A stretch of 64,000 nt of DNA, taken from the IMG/VR virus record IMGVR_UViG_3300028535_000001; one strand, 5' to 3'. The notes under the pieces were generated by a model, which was not told the origin of the DNA, searched no databases, and worked only from the letters and a program-made list of their open reading frames with translations. Shown here one piece after another: positions 40,134 to 50,321 of this stretch. A program made the translations under genes and the position numbers. The DNA comes from a virus. Position 1 is the first letter of the stretch; the number at the start of each line of letters is the position of its first letter.

Positions 40134-40801
40134 AATCTAGATTCTTTACTTTTACCTTTTATCTTTCTTATTCCTTTAGTATGGTCATATACTTTACCTA
40201 AAATTGATCTAGCTTGAACATGACCTACTCTTCCGTCGCCAATATCGTGGTTAATTACACCGTATTTGTCCTCAAATCTCTTTCTAACTACATCAAATAT
40301 CCATGAATCATGTTGTTGTTCTTCTTTAAAAAGTAAATCTTTATCATACATCTTTCTCATATCTGAAGCAAACTGTTTTATAAAACCATGTTTCATATTA
40401 AAATATATAAAACCACACTCACTATAAGTTGGTCTGTTAAGATAAGTTAACATACACTCGTCTCTATGTAAATGTTTTTTAATCCAATTTACATCAATCT
40501 TTTTATAGAACACACTATCGGCGTCTATATACATAATGCTATCGTAATCTTTACTTTCTAAAATTGATTGTGTATATGCATATACTTTATAAGAAAATCT
40601 TACTGCGTCTTTAAGAAAACTTACAGGCATACTTACTTTGTTTCTGTCTACAAATTTTTTAAGTTCTGGTATTTTATCATACATATCAATATCTTCATTG
40701 TATATTTCTAATTCAAATGGCCACTTATACGTTTTTTTGAATCTTCGGGCATATTGTTTGTAGAGATAATTGTTCCATGTACTAACGACTTTTATTTTCA
40801 T
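40130..40801 (-). CDS. Nucleotide-diphospho-sugar transferase-like protein
   Basis: DAVRFSYKV, YIDAD, YSECGF, HDS..FD, DH.KG. Confidence 0.7.
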   Translation of the reverse strand: MKIKVVSTWNNYLYKQYARRFKKTYKWPFELEIYNEDIDMYDKIPELKKFVDRNKVSMPVSFLKDAVRFSYKVYAYTQSILESKDYDSIMYIDADSVFYKKIDVNWIKKHLHRDECMLTYLNRPTYSECGFIYFNMKHGFIKQFASDMRKMYDKDLLFKEEQQHDSWIFDVVRKRFEDKYGVINHDIGDGRVGHVQARSILGKVYDHTKGIRKIKGKSKESRL

Positions 40802-41366
40802 GGCCAACCTTTTGTATATAATAACTATCTACAATATCAGATAAAGGGTTACCACACTTTTCAGTGTCTAATATTTGTTTTAAATCTATTTTGGTTTCTT
40901 TTAGAAAGGATTCATACATCATATCTTTGTCTGCGTTTCCCTTTCCTGTTGCGCCTTTCTTAACAACGCTCGGTACAACTGTATCGTAACTATAACCTTT
41001 GTCTTGTAATCTAAATTTGAGGATTCCACAATTTTCAGCAATTTGAAAAAGACCTTGACCTTTAGAGCCAAACGAGTAGCCTTCAATATAAATTTCTGTA
41101 GGAGTATGTATGGGAGTGAGTATATCAAATACAAAATCTGATATATTTTTGAATCTTTCAATAGGATCAGTCCATGCTTTATGTTCATAACCAATTATAT
41201 TCTCACTTTGTTGACCTTGCCATTTCTTTTTGGTGGTCAGATAATAAAAATTTAATTTACCATCATTTATACAAACAGCTGGACTCGTTAAAGAGTAATC
41301 AATTCCAACTTTCGTGTTCTGCGTCTTCTGGTATATCATTGTCTTCCTGTTCAACCTCATATCCAC
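40782..41366 (-). CDS. RuvC-like Holliday junction resolvase
   Basis: GIDYSL, IEGYS, VKK.ATGKGNADK, D..DSY. Confidence 0.8.
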   Translation of the reverse strand: MDMRLNRKTMIYQKTQNTKVGIDYSLTSPAVCINDGKLNFYYLTTKKKWQGQQSENIIGYEHKAWTDPIERFKNISDFVFDILTPIHTPTEIYIEGYSFGSKGQGLFQIAENCGILKFRLQDKGYSYDTVVPSVVKKGATGKGNADKDMMYESFLKETKIDLKQILDTEKCGNPLSDIVDSYYIQKVGHENKSR

Positions 41367-41466
41367 AGAAAGGACAAGTAAGAGCTTCTAAATCGTTTTT
41401 CTCCTCATCCCATTCTACGGTATATTTAGTCTGACAATTAGAACAATGTTTTGTAACTCTTTCCAT
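41299..41466 (-). CDS. Small zinc-ribbon protein (not in ORF track)
   Basis: MERVTKHCSNC...TCPFCG..., 55 aa, coupled to the nrdB stop. Confidence 0.75.
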   Translation of the reverse strand: MERVTKHCSNCQTKYTVEWDEEKNDLEALTCPFCGYEVEQEDNDIPEDAEHESWN

Positions 41467-42569
41467 TACAGCTTAAATTTTTTAAATTGATTTTTGGTAA
41501 CGTCTTGTTTTATTCCACCAACTACATAAGATTCTATTTCAGTTTCTTGTGGTGCATTTTGATTTGATCTACTGTTTAACCAATGTTCAACCCACGGTAG
41601 TGAGTTTTGTTTTTGTTCGTAAGAAGGAGTTAAACCTATAGCTTTCATACGTCTATTAGCCATGTATTCTATAAATTGGTGTAATAACTTTTCTGATAAA
41701 CCAATCATAGACCCTTTACTGAATAGGTATGTTGCCCAACGTTTCTCATCATGTACTGCGTCATCGTACATTTTATAAACTTCTTTATCACAATCTTTGA
41801 TTACTTTTAACATTTCTTTATCGTTTTCGTAATCTGTCCAATTGTTAATAATTTTTTGTGACATTGCTAAGTGTTGACTTTCATCCCTTGCAATAAAGGA
41901 TATAATTTTAGCAGAGCCTTCTAATTTTTTAAGTTCACCAAATGCAAAACTGCAAGCAAATGATACATAAAATCTTAAACCCTCTAGTATGTTTACCGAA
42001 ATCATAGCCAGATATAATCTTTTCTTTAATTCATACATATCAACTTTATCTGGATTCAAATGCCATCTATGACCCATATCAATTAATTCATCATAGGTTT
42101 TAGTGACATTAGCTGCTCGTTCTTCTATTTTCTTGTCTTCTATTATCGTATCAAATACTTCACTTGGATTTGAATATAAATTTTTAATGATGTATGTATA
42201 AGATCGTGAGTGTATTGTTTCCATGAAATCCCAAGTAATTATACAACTTTCTAATTCTGGTATTGATACTAAAGGTAAAAATGCTAGACAAGGTCCTCTA
42301 CCTTGTACACTATCTAACATAGTTTGATACTTTAAATTAGATGTAAATATAAACTTTTGTCCTTCAGATAAATCCAAGTAATCATTTCTATCTTTCTGTA
42401 AAGATATTTCTTCAGGTCTCCAAAAATAACCAAGTTGTTGTTGGCATAACTTGTCAAATATAGGATATTTCATATTATCATATCTTTGTACAGACAAATC
42501 GGGTCCAAAAAACATTAACTGTTTTGTTGTATCTATTCCTTTTGTTTTATTAAAAACTGTTTTACTCAT
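41466..42569 (-). CDS. nrdB: Ribonucleotide reductase class Ia beta
   Basis: FWRPEE, LDSVQGR, ETIHSRSY, EG.RFY.SF, DESQH, APQETE. Confidence 0.97.
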   Translation of the reverse strand: MSKTVFNKTKGIDTTKQLMFFGPDLSVQRYDNMKYPIFDKLCQQQLGYFWRPEEISLQKDRNDYLDLSEGQKFIFTSNLKYQTMLDSVQGRGPCLAFLPLVSIPELESCIITWDFMETIHSRSYTYIIKNLYSNPSEVFDTIIEDKKIEERAANVTKTYDELIDMGHRWHLNPDKVDMYELKKRLYLAMISVNILEGLRFYVSFACSFAFGELKKLEGSAKIISFIARDESQHLAMSQKIINNWTDYENDKEMLKVIKDCDKEVYKMYDDAVHDEKRWATYLFSKGSMIGLSEKLLHQFIEYMANRRMKAIGLTPSYEQKQNSLPWVEHWLNSRSNQNAPQETEIESYVVGGIKQDVTKNQFKKFKL

Positions 42570-42586
42570 AAAATTTATTTATTATA

Positions 42587-44896
42587 TTAAATATTGCAAC
42601 TATCACAATCTTCCTCTTTGGTTTCCTCTTTAGGTTCTTCAGGTGTGATAGGTGTATCGTAATCTATAGAGTGTTTAGGTTCTTCTATATCTCTTTTACT
42701 ATCGTATGTGTTTTGGTAGTATGATGTTTTCCAACCATACTTATATGTATTTAATAAATCTTCTACCATTACTGAAACAGGTACTTGATTATCTTCAAAA
42801 TGATCTGGATTATAAGACCAGTTACCTGATATAGCTTGGTCAAAGTACTTTTGCATTACTGCGACAACGTTTATATATCCTTCGTTACTAGGCATATCCC
42901 ATAATAACGTATAAAAATTCTTTAATTTATTATATTCAGGTACTATTTGTTTTAATGTACCTTTTTTAGACTTCTTAATTGATAAGTGGTCTCTAGGTGG
43001 TTCAATGCCGTTTGTAGCATTTGAAACCACACTAGAAGACTCGGAAGGCATTTGGGCTGATAGAGTACTATGTCGCAGCCCAAATTCTTTAATATCTGCT
43101 CGTAATTTGTCCCATTTCATTGATAGTTTACGATTTACAATTTCATCAACTTCTTTTTTGTAAGTATCTATTGGTAATATTCCATCTGCGTATTTTGTTC
43201 TATGAAATAATTCACACTTACCTTTTTCTTTTGCAAGTTCATTACTTGTTTGTAATAAGTAAAATTGAAAAGCCTCTGTTAATTTATCTACTTCTCTCCA
43301 AGCACCTTTGTCTTCATATTTGTGTCCAGTTTTTGCTAGATAATGTGCAAGGCCAATATAACCAACACCTAATGATCGTCTTTGTTTGGTAGATATTTCA
43401 GCGGCCTTTACTGGATATTTTTGATGATCTATCATTTCTTCTAATGCTCTTACTGTAAGATCGCATAGTTCTTCCAGTTCAATTGGATCGTTGATCTTAC
43501 CTACATTGATTGCTGATAGAATACATAGTGCAATCTCTCCTGGACCATCTATATGTTGGATAGGAGTGGTTGGGAGTGTGATCTCTTGGCATAGGTTACT
43601 CATAGTCACTATATCTTTAAATGATGAGTGAGTATTGCAATGGTCTATATTCATTATATAAATTCTGCCTGTTTCTGCTCTTTCTTTTAATATGTCAAAG
43701 AATAATTTTTGTGCTGATATTTTTCTTTTATGTACACTTGTTTTTCTTTCTGCTTTTAAATACATATCATCAAATTCTGGTGTTCCCCATACATCATAAA
43801 GTTCTGGTACTTCGTGTGGTGAGAATAGTGTTATTTCTTCTTCATTAATAAATCTTTCATAAAATAATTTTGATAACTGTATAGAATAATCTAATTTTCT
43901 AACTCTGTTATCTTCCGTACCTTTATTATTTTTTAAAACTATAATATCTTCTATTTCTTGGTGCCAAATAGGGAAGTGAACAGTTGCCGAACCTCCACGT
44001 ACTCCGTTTTGAGTACAACACTTAACCGTTGCTTCAAATTTTTTAAGGAAAGGAATAACTCCTGTATGTTGGACTTCTCCCCCTCGGATTCTTGCATTAA
44101 TTCCTCGTACTCTACCTGCGTTGATACCGATACCGGCTCTTTGAGCAACGTAATTTCCAATAGCCATGTCACTACTGAATATGCTAGGTAAAGTATCGTC
44201 AACGTCAACAAGTACACAACTAGCATACTGCTTAATAGGAGTACGAACACCAGCCATAACAGGAGTTGGAATATTAATTTTAAAATTGGATATAGCGTCA
44301 TAATATTTCTTAACATAGGTCATTCTCCTTTGTTTTGAATAATTTTGAAAAAGTGTAGCAGATATTAACATATACATAAATTGAGGAGTTTCAAAAACTT
44401 CTCCACTTGATCTATCTTGTACTAGATACTTGTCAATGACTTGTCTTAAGCCTGCATATGTAAAGGTATTATCTTTGTCATGTGTAATCCAATTCTGCAT
44501 TCTACTAAAATCTTTTTTATCATATTTTTTTAAAATTTCTGGATCGTATACACCTTTTTCAATACACTTCTCTACATGATCGTAGATGTGTGGATGATCC
44601 CATAATCTACCAATAACTTGTTTTCTTAAACTGAACAATAATAGTCTAGCAGCCACGTATTGGTAGTTGGGATTTTCTAGGGAGATTAAATCTGAAGCTG
44701 ACTTGATTAAAATTTGTTGTATATCATTTGTGGTAATACCATCATAAAATTGGAGGCCACTATTCATTTCAACTTGTGAGGCTGATACACCTTTTATATC
44801 TTCACAAGCATACTCAACCATTTCATGTATCTTATCAATATTAAGAGGTTCACTTCCTCTTCCATTTCTTTTTTCAACGTTTATTTTATCAATCAT
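42587..44896 (-). CDS. nrdA: Ribonucleotide reductase class Ia alpha
   Basis: ATP cone, PTP.MAG.RT, ASC, SNLCQE, QMPSESS, C-terminal CDSC. Confidence 0.97.
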   Translation of the reverse strand: MIDKINVEKRNGRGSEPLNIDKIHEMVEYACEDIKGVSASQVEMNSGLQFYDGITTNDIQQILIKSASDLISLENPNYQYVAARLLLFSLRKQVIGRLWDHPHIYDHVEKCIEKGVYDPEILKKYDKKDFSRMQNWITHDKDNTFTYAGLRQVIDKYLVQDRSSGEVFETPQFMYMLISATLFQNYSKQRRMTYVKKYYDAISNFKINIPTPVMAGVRTPIKQYASCVLVDVDDTLPSIFSSDMAIGNYVAQRAGIGINAGRVRGINARIRGGEVQHTGVIPFLKKFEATVKCCTQNGVRGGSATVHFPIWHQEIEDIIVLKNNKGTEDNRVRKLDYSIQLSKLFYERFINEEEITLFSPHEVPELYDVWGTPEFDDMYLKAERKTSVHKRKISAQKLFFDILKERAETGRIYIMNIDHCNTHSSFKDIVTMSNLCQEITLPTTPIQHIDGPGEIALCILSAINVGKINDPIELEELCDLTVRALEEMIDHQKYPVKAAEISTKQRRSLGVGYIGLAHYLAKTGHKYEDKGAWREVDKLTEAFQFYLLQTSNELAKEKGKCELFHRTKYADGILPIDTYKKEVDEIVNRKLSMKWDKLRADIKEFGLRHSTLSAQMPSESSSVVSNATNGIEPPRDHLSIKKSKKGTLKQIVPEYNKLKNFYTLLWDMPSNEGYINVVAVMQKYFDQAISGNWSYNPDHFEDNQVPVSVMVEDLLNTYKYGWKTSYYQNTYDSKRDIEEPKHSIDYDTPITPEEPKEETKEEDCDSCNI

Positions 44897-45894
44897 TTTA
44901 TTTTTTTCCAATGGTTTAATTTAGTGAGAGCACTTAATTGTGAGTAAGTATTCGTCTTTATAATATCTGTAATTTTATTAATTGTAAAGCCACCAAGAAT
45001 CATATCATTAATATCTTTAAATTGTAAATCTTCTGGCCATATAACAATGTTGAAATCAGAATCAATCATCTTATACATGCGATTTATAATTTCTTTATTT
45101 CTTGGTTCGTTGTCAAATATATAGGTTATCCTATTGTTCGGTACTTTGTTATTTAAAGACAAATCGGCACCAGCAGCTGCGATACAATTGCCAATGAACA
45201 ATGAATCAAACGGACCTTCAACTATATATACATGATCTTGAAAATTTAAACGTTCTAATCCAAAAACTTTTTGTTTGTTTTCGTTTAGCTTAATTGTTAA
45301 GTATTTAGGAATATCACGTCCTAAACTACGACCTTGAAAAGCAAATAACTCACCAGTTGTATCGTAAAAAGGAATAATGATCCTATTGTGATCCTTTTGA
45401 GTTTTATATGTATTTGGTTTAACTTTATTAACAAGCTGTTGAAATTTTTCTACATAATATAACTTATCAAAAAATTCTTCAGGTATTTTTCTATCTATTA
45501 AATATTTTTTTGCAACATGTTCATCATCTAAATCTTTAATTACTTTACAATCGTTTAATATATTAATTTTAAATACAGGTTTTTCAAATTTCCAATTTGG
45601 TTCAGGTGTAGATGGTGCTGACCCTTTATATCTTTCTAATAGATATTCTTTGTGTAGTTTAGGGTCTATAAATTTTAAGAAGTTAGTAAAGTTTTGTCCT
45701 TGGCCACAATTATGGCATTTAAAGAACATATCATTTTTTACTCTATAAAAATATGCTCTTGCTTTACTTTTAGATTTTTTAGAATCACCACAATGAGGAC
45801 AACGAAAGTTAAACAGATAGTCTGTTTTCTGTTTAAACTGTTGCAACCTTCCCGATAGTTGATTGATAAATTTTAGATCAATATAAGATGACAT
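44893..45894 (-). CDS. gp61: DNA primase gp61
   Basis: RCPHCGDS, KCHNC, FQGR, VEGPFDS, FDNEPRN, KDIN. Confidence 0.95.
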   Translation of the reverse strand: MSSYIDLKFINQLSGRLQQFKQKTDYLFNFRCPHCGDSKKSKSKARAYFYRVKNDMFFKCHNCGQGQNFTNFLKFIDPKLHKEYLLERYKGSAPSTPEPNWKFEKPVFKINILNDCKVIKDLDDEHVAKKYLIDRKIPEEFFDKLYYVEKFQQLVNKVKPNTYKTQKDHNRIIIPFYDTTGELFAFQGRSLGRDIPKYLTIKLNENKQKVFGLERLNFQDHVYIVEGPFDSLFIGNCIAAAGADLSLNNKVPNNRITYIFDNEPRNKEIINRMYKMIDSDFNIVIWPEDLQFKDINDMILGGFTINKITDIIKTNTYSQLSALTKLNHWKKIK

Positions 45895-45904
45895 AGTAAA
45901 GAAT

Positions 45905-45933
45905 ACTATACACCATTACTATGAAATTGTCAA
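45905..45933 (-). promoter_or_regulatory. sigma70-like promoter for primase-nrdAB
   Basis: TTGACA-17-TATAGT. Confidence 0.7.
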
Positions 45934-45935
45934 GC

Positions 45936-46379
45936 TTAATTGAAAAATGAAAGCAAAGGGAAAAAACCTTTTTTGGATAACATTAAAACCGTTATAGACT
46001 CTACGGCAATAAAGGCACCTATAATAATCCACTTGTACTTTTCTAACATACTAATTCTACCTCTAAATTCGGTTTTTATCTCAATCAGTTCATTTTTTAT
46101 ACGTTTTTCAGATTCTTCTATTTTATCAGAAAGTTCTTTTTCTATACTTATCGTCTCACTGGCTCTTATCTTTAGTTTAGAAAATATCACATCATCTATC
46201 TTTTCCTGGTGTTCAATCTTCTCCTCGTGTACAGCCAGCATAGATTTAATAGAAGATGATACCTCTGTCAACTTATCAATAGCTACATCTAATCTATGTT
46301 GTATATTATTAATCTGTTGTACATCTTTAGTTAATTCTGCTAATTGTACGTGTATTTCTGTGTGGTTATTTTCTGCCAT
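45936..46379 (-). CDS. Coiled-coil protein with C-terminal TM
   Basis: MLAVHEE; LEKYKW plus hydrophobic tail; late promoter at 46401-46408. Confidence 0.7.
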   Translation of the reverse strand: MAENNHTEIHVQLAELTKDVQQINNIQHRLDVAIDKLTEVSSSIKSMLAVHEEKIEHQEKIDDVIFSKLKIRASETISIEKELSDKIEESEKRIKNELIEIKTEFRGRISMLEKYKWIIIGAFIAVESITVLMLSKKGFFPLLSFFN

Positions 46380-46526
46380 AGTGTTTTATTTGTTTATCAA
46401 TATTTATAATAGTTTCAGTTTCACATGCTTTTAAATACGTTAATTTTTGTGAGCAGGTCCACAATACGCACCAACATAAAAAAAACTTTATGAAGGTCCA
46501 AAATATCTTTCTTATCAGACAGCCTC

Positions 46527-48161
46527 CTAAATTGTGTAGATAGATACCATATTAGATTTGCCTTTAACTTTAACCATATCTAATTTCTTCCAATCGTATT
46601 TTGATCTTAGCATTCTGTATGTATCATAACCTACAATTAATGTTGCGTCATAATTTTTACTTACACCTTCTAATCTACTTGCAAGATTAACGGCGTCACC
46701 TAAAACAGAATAATCAAAACGTTGATCTGATCCCATATTACCAACTACAGCAGGACCTGAATTTATTCCTATGCCGATGTTTATCTTAATATCTGGACCA
46801 AAACTATCACTGTCATTTAATTCTTTTAATTTGTTCATCATTTCACATGCCGAGTTAACTGCAAGTGATCTATGATTATGTTGTTGTATTGGAGCATTCC
46901 AAAATGCCATAATACAATCGCCCATGTACTTATCAATAGTACCACCATTTTTCATTATAATGTTTGTCATGGGTGTTAAAAATTTATTTATAACTTTTGT
47001 AAGACCTTGTGGATCAGATTGAAATTTTTCTGAAATAGGAGTAAATCCTCTTATGTCACAAAATAAAAAAGTCATATCTCTTGTATCACCACCTAATTTT
47101 AAAAGTTCAGGATTTTTCTGCAACTTCTTAACCATATCTGGTGCTAGGTAATGTTCAAATTGTTTTTTGATTTGTAATTTTAATCTATTCTCTCTTGCAA
47201 AGTTATTGTATATCAAGTGTGCCCATACTATACTTCCTATTACTGCGATTGATGACCAATCTGTAAGTATCATATGTTTTTGCCATAGATAACCACTTGT
47301 AAGTGCTAAATCAAAATAAAAACCGACTAAAATTGCGGCTGACCAAAATAAGTCAACTCTAGGTAAAACTATTAAAAAGAAACCTAATGTTAATAATAAA
47401 GCAATCCATTCTGCCATAGGTGCCCAATCAGGTCTTTTTATATACTCACCTGATAATAAAGTTTCTGTTGACAAGGCCGCTATTTCGTGTGTGTTCTTTA
47501 AACCATTAGGTGTAAGTACAAAAGTGGAACCATCAAATGTAGCACCTATGAATACTATCTTACCTTTCATAGATGACCAATCTTTATCTGTATAATCTAT
47601 TCTAGGTATTCTATGTCTGAAATCAATCCATATACTATCTTGGTCAGGTATTGGAAACTTGATTATGGATAAAATCTTTTCCGGCACGGAATTATCCAAG
47701 GATAAAATTCGTATAACAGAGTCAACGCCCACTTTCACTTCCACGTTAGCGATAGCGAGAGATTTCCTTTCAATACTCTTTAAGTTCTTAGCTGTACTTG
47801 TTTCAGTTAGAATAACTGGATACTTTGAGATCATCTTCAAAAACATTTCATCACCACCTAGCCTATCTTTGTGAACAAATACTACGTTCAAAAATACTAG
47901 AGCTGCACCATTTTTATATGCATTGATGATAGTACGACCTAATATGTCTCTCTTCCAAGGCCATTGACCTTGTTTCTTTAATGCTTCATTTGATATATCT
48001 AACAACACAAGACTTTTAGACTCATAGTTATCGCCAAGTGTTTGATATAGATCAAAGGTCTTTAGTTGGAGGGTTTGTAAAGGTACTGGATTATATAATT
48101 TTAATCCTAATAGTATTAATACACTTACTATTACTGCCCAAATGGAAGTAAATTTAGTCAT
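46527..48161 (-). CDS. CHASE2-domain class III adenylate cyclase
   Basis: N-terminal TM, GQWPW.R CHASE2 start, three TMs, FCDIRGFT, DKYMGD, GINSG, FDYS..GD.VN.ASRLE; Lys/Asp specificity pair suggests ATP. Confidence 0.92.
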   Translation of the reverse strand: MTKFTSIWAVIVSVLILLGLKLYNPVPLQTLQLKTFDLYQTLGDNYESKSLVLLDISNEALKKQGQWPWKRDILGRTIINAYKNGAALVFLNVVFVHKDRLGGDEMFLKMISKYPVILTETSTAKNLKSIERKSLAIANVEVKVGVDSVIRILSLDNSVPEKILSIIKFPIPDQDSIWIDFRHRIPRIDYTDKDWSSMKGKIVFIGATFDGSTFVLTPNGLKNTHEIAALSTETLLSGEYIKRPDWAPMAEWIALLLTLGFFLIVLPRVDLFWSAAILVGFYFDLALTSGYLWQKHMILTDWSSIAVIGSIVWAHLIYNNFARENRLKLQIKKQFEHYLAPDMVKKLQKNPELLKLGGDTRDMTFLFCDIRGFTPISEKFQSDPQGLTKVINKFLTPMTNIIMKNGGTIDKYMGDCIMAFWNAPIQQHNHRSLAVNSACEMMNKLKELNDSDSFGPDIKINIGIGINSGPAVVGNMGSDQRFDYSVLGDAVNLASRLEGVSKNYDATLIVGYDTYRMLRSKYDWKKLDMVKVKGKSNMVSIYTI

Positions 48162-48168
48162 ATCATAT

Positions 48169-50319
48169 TTAGTCCGTTTGAATGATTGTGATATTGTTTT
48201 GAGTAGAGCTGCTACCTACATCAAGGTGTTGTGCTTCAGTATCTTGTAAAATCTGTATGTCTGCCTCTTTACTAGTTTCAGTTTTTACATAAGCTCTATG
48301 ATTGTCGTTGTATCTATTTAATATTGTGTAATCACCAGACGTTGAGGCAGTTGCGTTAAAGTCGTTATCTAACGTTGATACTCTTCCTGTAGAAGTAATA
48401 CTTGTTGACACACCACCACTTGTTGTAGTTAAGGTTTGAGTTACATCTCCAGTACTATAATTTAAAACTTCACCACTAGCAGTTACTTGCGTTTCTGAAC
48501 CACTATTATCAACCCACTCCGTACCACAACTTGATTGAGCATTGTCCCAATAGTATCCATAATTTAAACAATCTTCTTTATCATAACTTGCTAATAACAA
48601 TTCTAATTCTGCGTCTATGTCATAGTTATCTTCAAAATCATACTCATCTTCCCAATTAGACTCATCATCTTCATTATTGTAATCGTAACCTGTATACCAC
48701 CAATCATACACGGCGTCCCAATATATGTCCCAATCTGCCCACTCCCAATCAGTTATGTAAGTCTTCTTTAAGTCTTTCATCTTCCAAGGTTTAGGTTGGT
48801 TATCACACATCTTATAGTTTGGCCACGATCCACACCAACCATATAATTTACCCCATATCTCTTTTGATTCTTTAGTCCAACTATCGTTAGTTACTTTTAA
48901 AGTCCAATCATCTTTGTACCAGTCATTTAAATAATCAACATAATCTTGGTTACACCAATAGTCTTCGTAACCATTGTACTCACAATAGTTTTGTACAGTT
49001 AATGTTGGAGGTCCACCTTGGTTTTTGTATTCTGCATTGTTATAGTAGTCATCATCTAAAGCAAAATCTTCCCAAGTATATCCTTCAACTGTAGTTGCTT
49101 CTGTTTCATCTTTTGTATCTTCAACAACATCTTGTTCATCTACATCAACATTCCAAGAAGTTAAACCATAGTCTTCTAATAGATCATTATACTTGTCCGA
49201 ATATTCGTCCCAATCTACAGCGTCCCAATCAATAGTATCCCAATCAATAGTATCCCAGGTACAATCTGAACAACCAATAGCGTCAAAGTATGCTTGATCC
49301 ATTTCTGCATACATTTTCTTTGCGTCATCCCAATCCATAGTTTGCTCACCTTCGGCATCCCAAACTGAAATCTGGTTGTCTTCATCTATATAACCCCAAT
49401 CTTTTAAATCATCTTCCCAAGAATCATAATAAGATGTATCAACTTCTTCTACTTCAACTAAAGTATTTTCTTCTGCTGATTTTGTTTCAATCATTGTATC
49501 TGCTTCACTAGAAGATAAATCTGTACCAACAATTGTATTACTATCTTCTACTATACTTGCTTCTTCATTAATTAAAGCCTCTTCCATTTCTTGTGCTTCT
49601 TGTTCGTCTTTAGACATTTCAGATTTTGAATCTATATCACCAAAATGTTTTGCTGTATCTTCTTTAATTTCATCTTCAAATTCATCTAACTCAATAATGT
49701 CTGACTTATTAGTCTCTATCTTTGGAGGAGTTGGTGTTAAGTCGTTTGATACAACTGTCACTGAATTGTAAGCGTTAGTTATTGTTTGAGAACCTGCGTC
49801 ATTGGAGACCGTTACCGACCCTACTGCACCATCACTATCTGGTAGTAAGGTAATTGTAACCTCACCACTAGTGTCAACTGTTCCTGAAAAGGCAGTACCT
49901 TGTACTGTAATTGAGGCAAATCCAGCATTGATGTTAACTTCACCACCTAAATTAGATACCTGTCCTGATTCATATGTAAATGTACCAACGTTAACTGATA
50001 TGTTCATTGCCAATTCAATTGGTACAACCGATGTATCAAAAGCAAACTCATCAATTATTAATTCTGTATTTGGTCCCATTGTAAATTTAGTATTATCAAG
50101 GTAATGAATAATCATACCACCATCTTCACCAGTTTGGAGGAAATCGTTCATCTGCAACTCATAACCCATTGCTGTATTTTGAGTTTCTCCTTCTCTTTCG
50201 TTCCAAGTAGTACCCATTTGGCCTATGACTTCGCCAACTTTAGGACTTGTTATTTGTGATGATGAAATACTAGTACAGAAAAGTACCAGAAAGGTAATAA
50301 AAAATAAAATTCTTTTCAT
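48169..50319 (-). CDS. Exported FecR-domain protein with long acidic W/D/Y-rich region and curlin-like C-terminus
   Basis: Signal peptide; D.LQTG, F.MGPNT.L.IDEF, V.GT.F FecR motifs; C-terminal IQILQD and NNITIIQTD. Confidence 0.75.
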   Translation of the reverse strand: MKRILFFITFLVLFCTSISSSQITSPKVGEVIGQMGTTWNEREGETQNTAMGYELQMNDFLQTGEDGGMIIHYLDNTKFTMGPNTELIIDEFAFDTSVVPIELAMNISVNVGTFTYESGQVSNLGGEVNINAGFASITVQGTAFSGTVDTSGEVTITLLPDSDGAVGSVTVSNDAGSQTITNAYNSVTVVSNDLTPTPPKIETNKSDIIELDEFEDEIKEDTAKHFGDIDSKSEMSKDEQEAQEMEEALINEEASIVEDSNTIVGTDLSSSEADTMIETKSAEENTLVEVEEVDTSYYDSWEDDLKDWGYIDEDNQISVWDAEGEQTMDWDDAKKMYAEMDQAYFDAIGCSDCTWDTIDWDTIDWDAVDWDEYSDKYNDLLEDYGLTSWNVDVDEQDVVEDTKDETEATTVEGYTWEDFALDDDYYNNAEYKNQGGPPTLTVQNYCEYNGYEDYWCNQDYVDYLNDWYKDDWTLKVTNDSWTKESKEIWGKLYGWCGSWPNYKMCDNQPKPWKMKDLKKTYITDWEWADWDIYWDAVYDWWYTGYDYNNEDDESNWEDEYDFEDNYDIDAELELLLASYDKEDCLNYGYYWDNAQSSCGTEWVDNSGSETQVTASGEVLNYSTGDVTQTLTTTSGGVSTSITSTGRVSTLDNDFNATASTSGDYTILNRYNDNHRAYVKTETSKEADIQILQDTEAQHLDVGSSSTQNNITIIQTD
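49208..49258 (-). repeat. 15-bp tandem repeat encoding WDTID/WDAVD
   Basis: TCCCAATCAATAGTA repeated; protein WDTIDWDTIDWDAVDWD. Confidence 0.75.
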
Positions 50320-50321
50320 TT

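Noticed and set aside
41466-44896. Introns or inteins in nrdA/nrdB
   Set aside because: Both ORFs are uninterrupted and of normal length
46527-48161. Pycsar/CBASS-type defence cyclase
   Set aside because: CHASE2-TM architecture and ATP-specifying residues fit a signalling adenylate cyclase; no effector gene is adjacent
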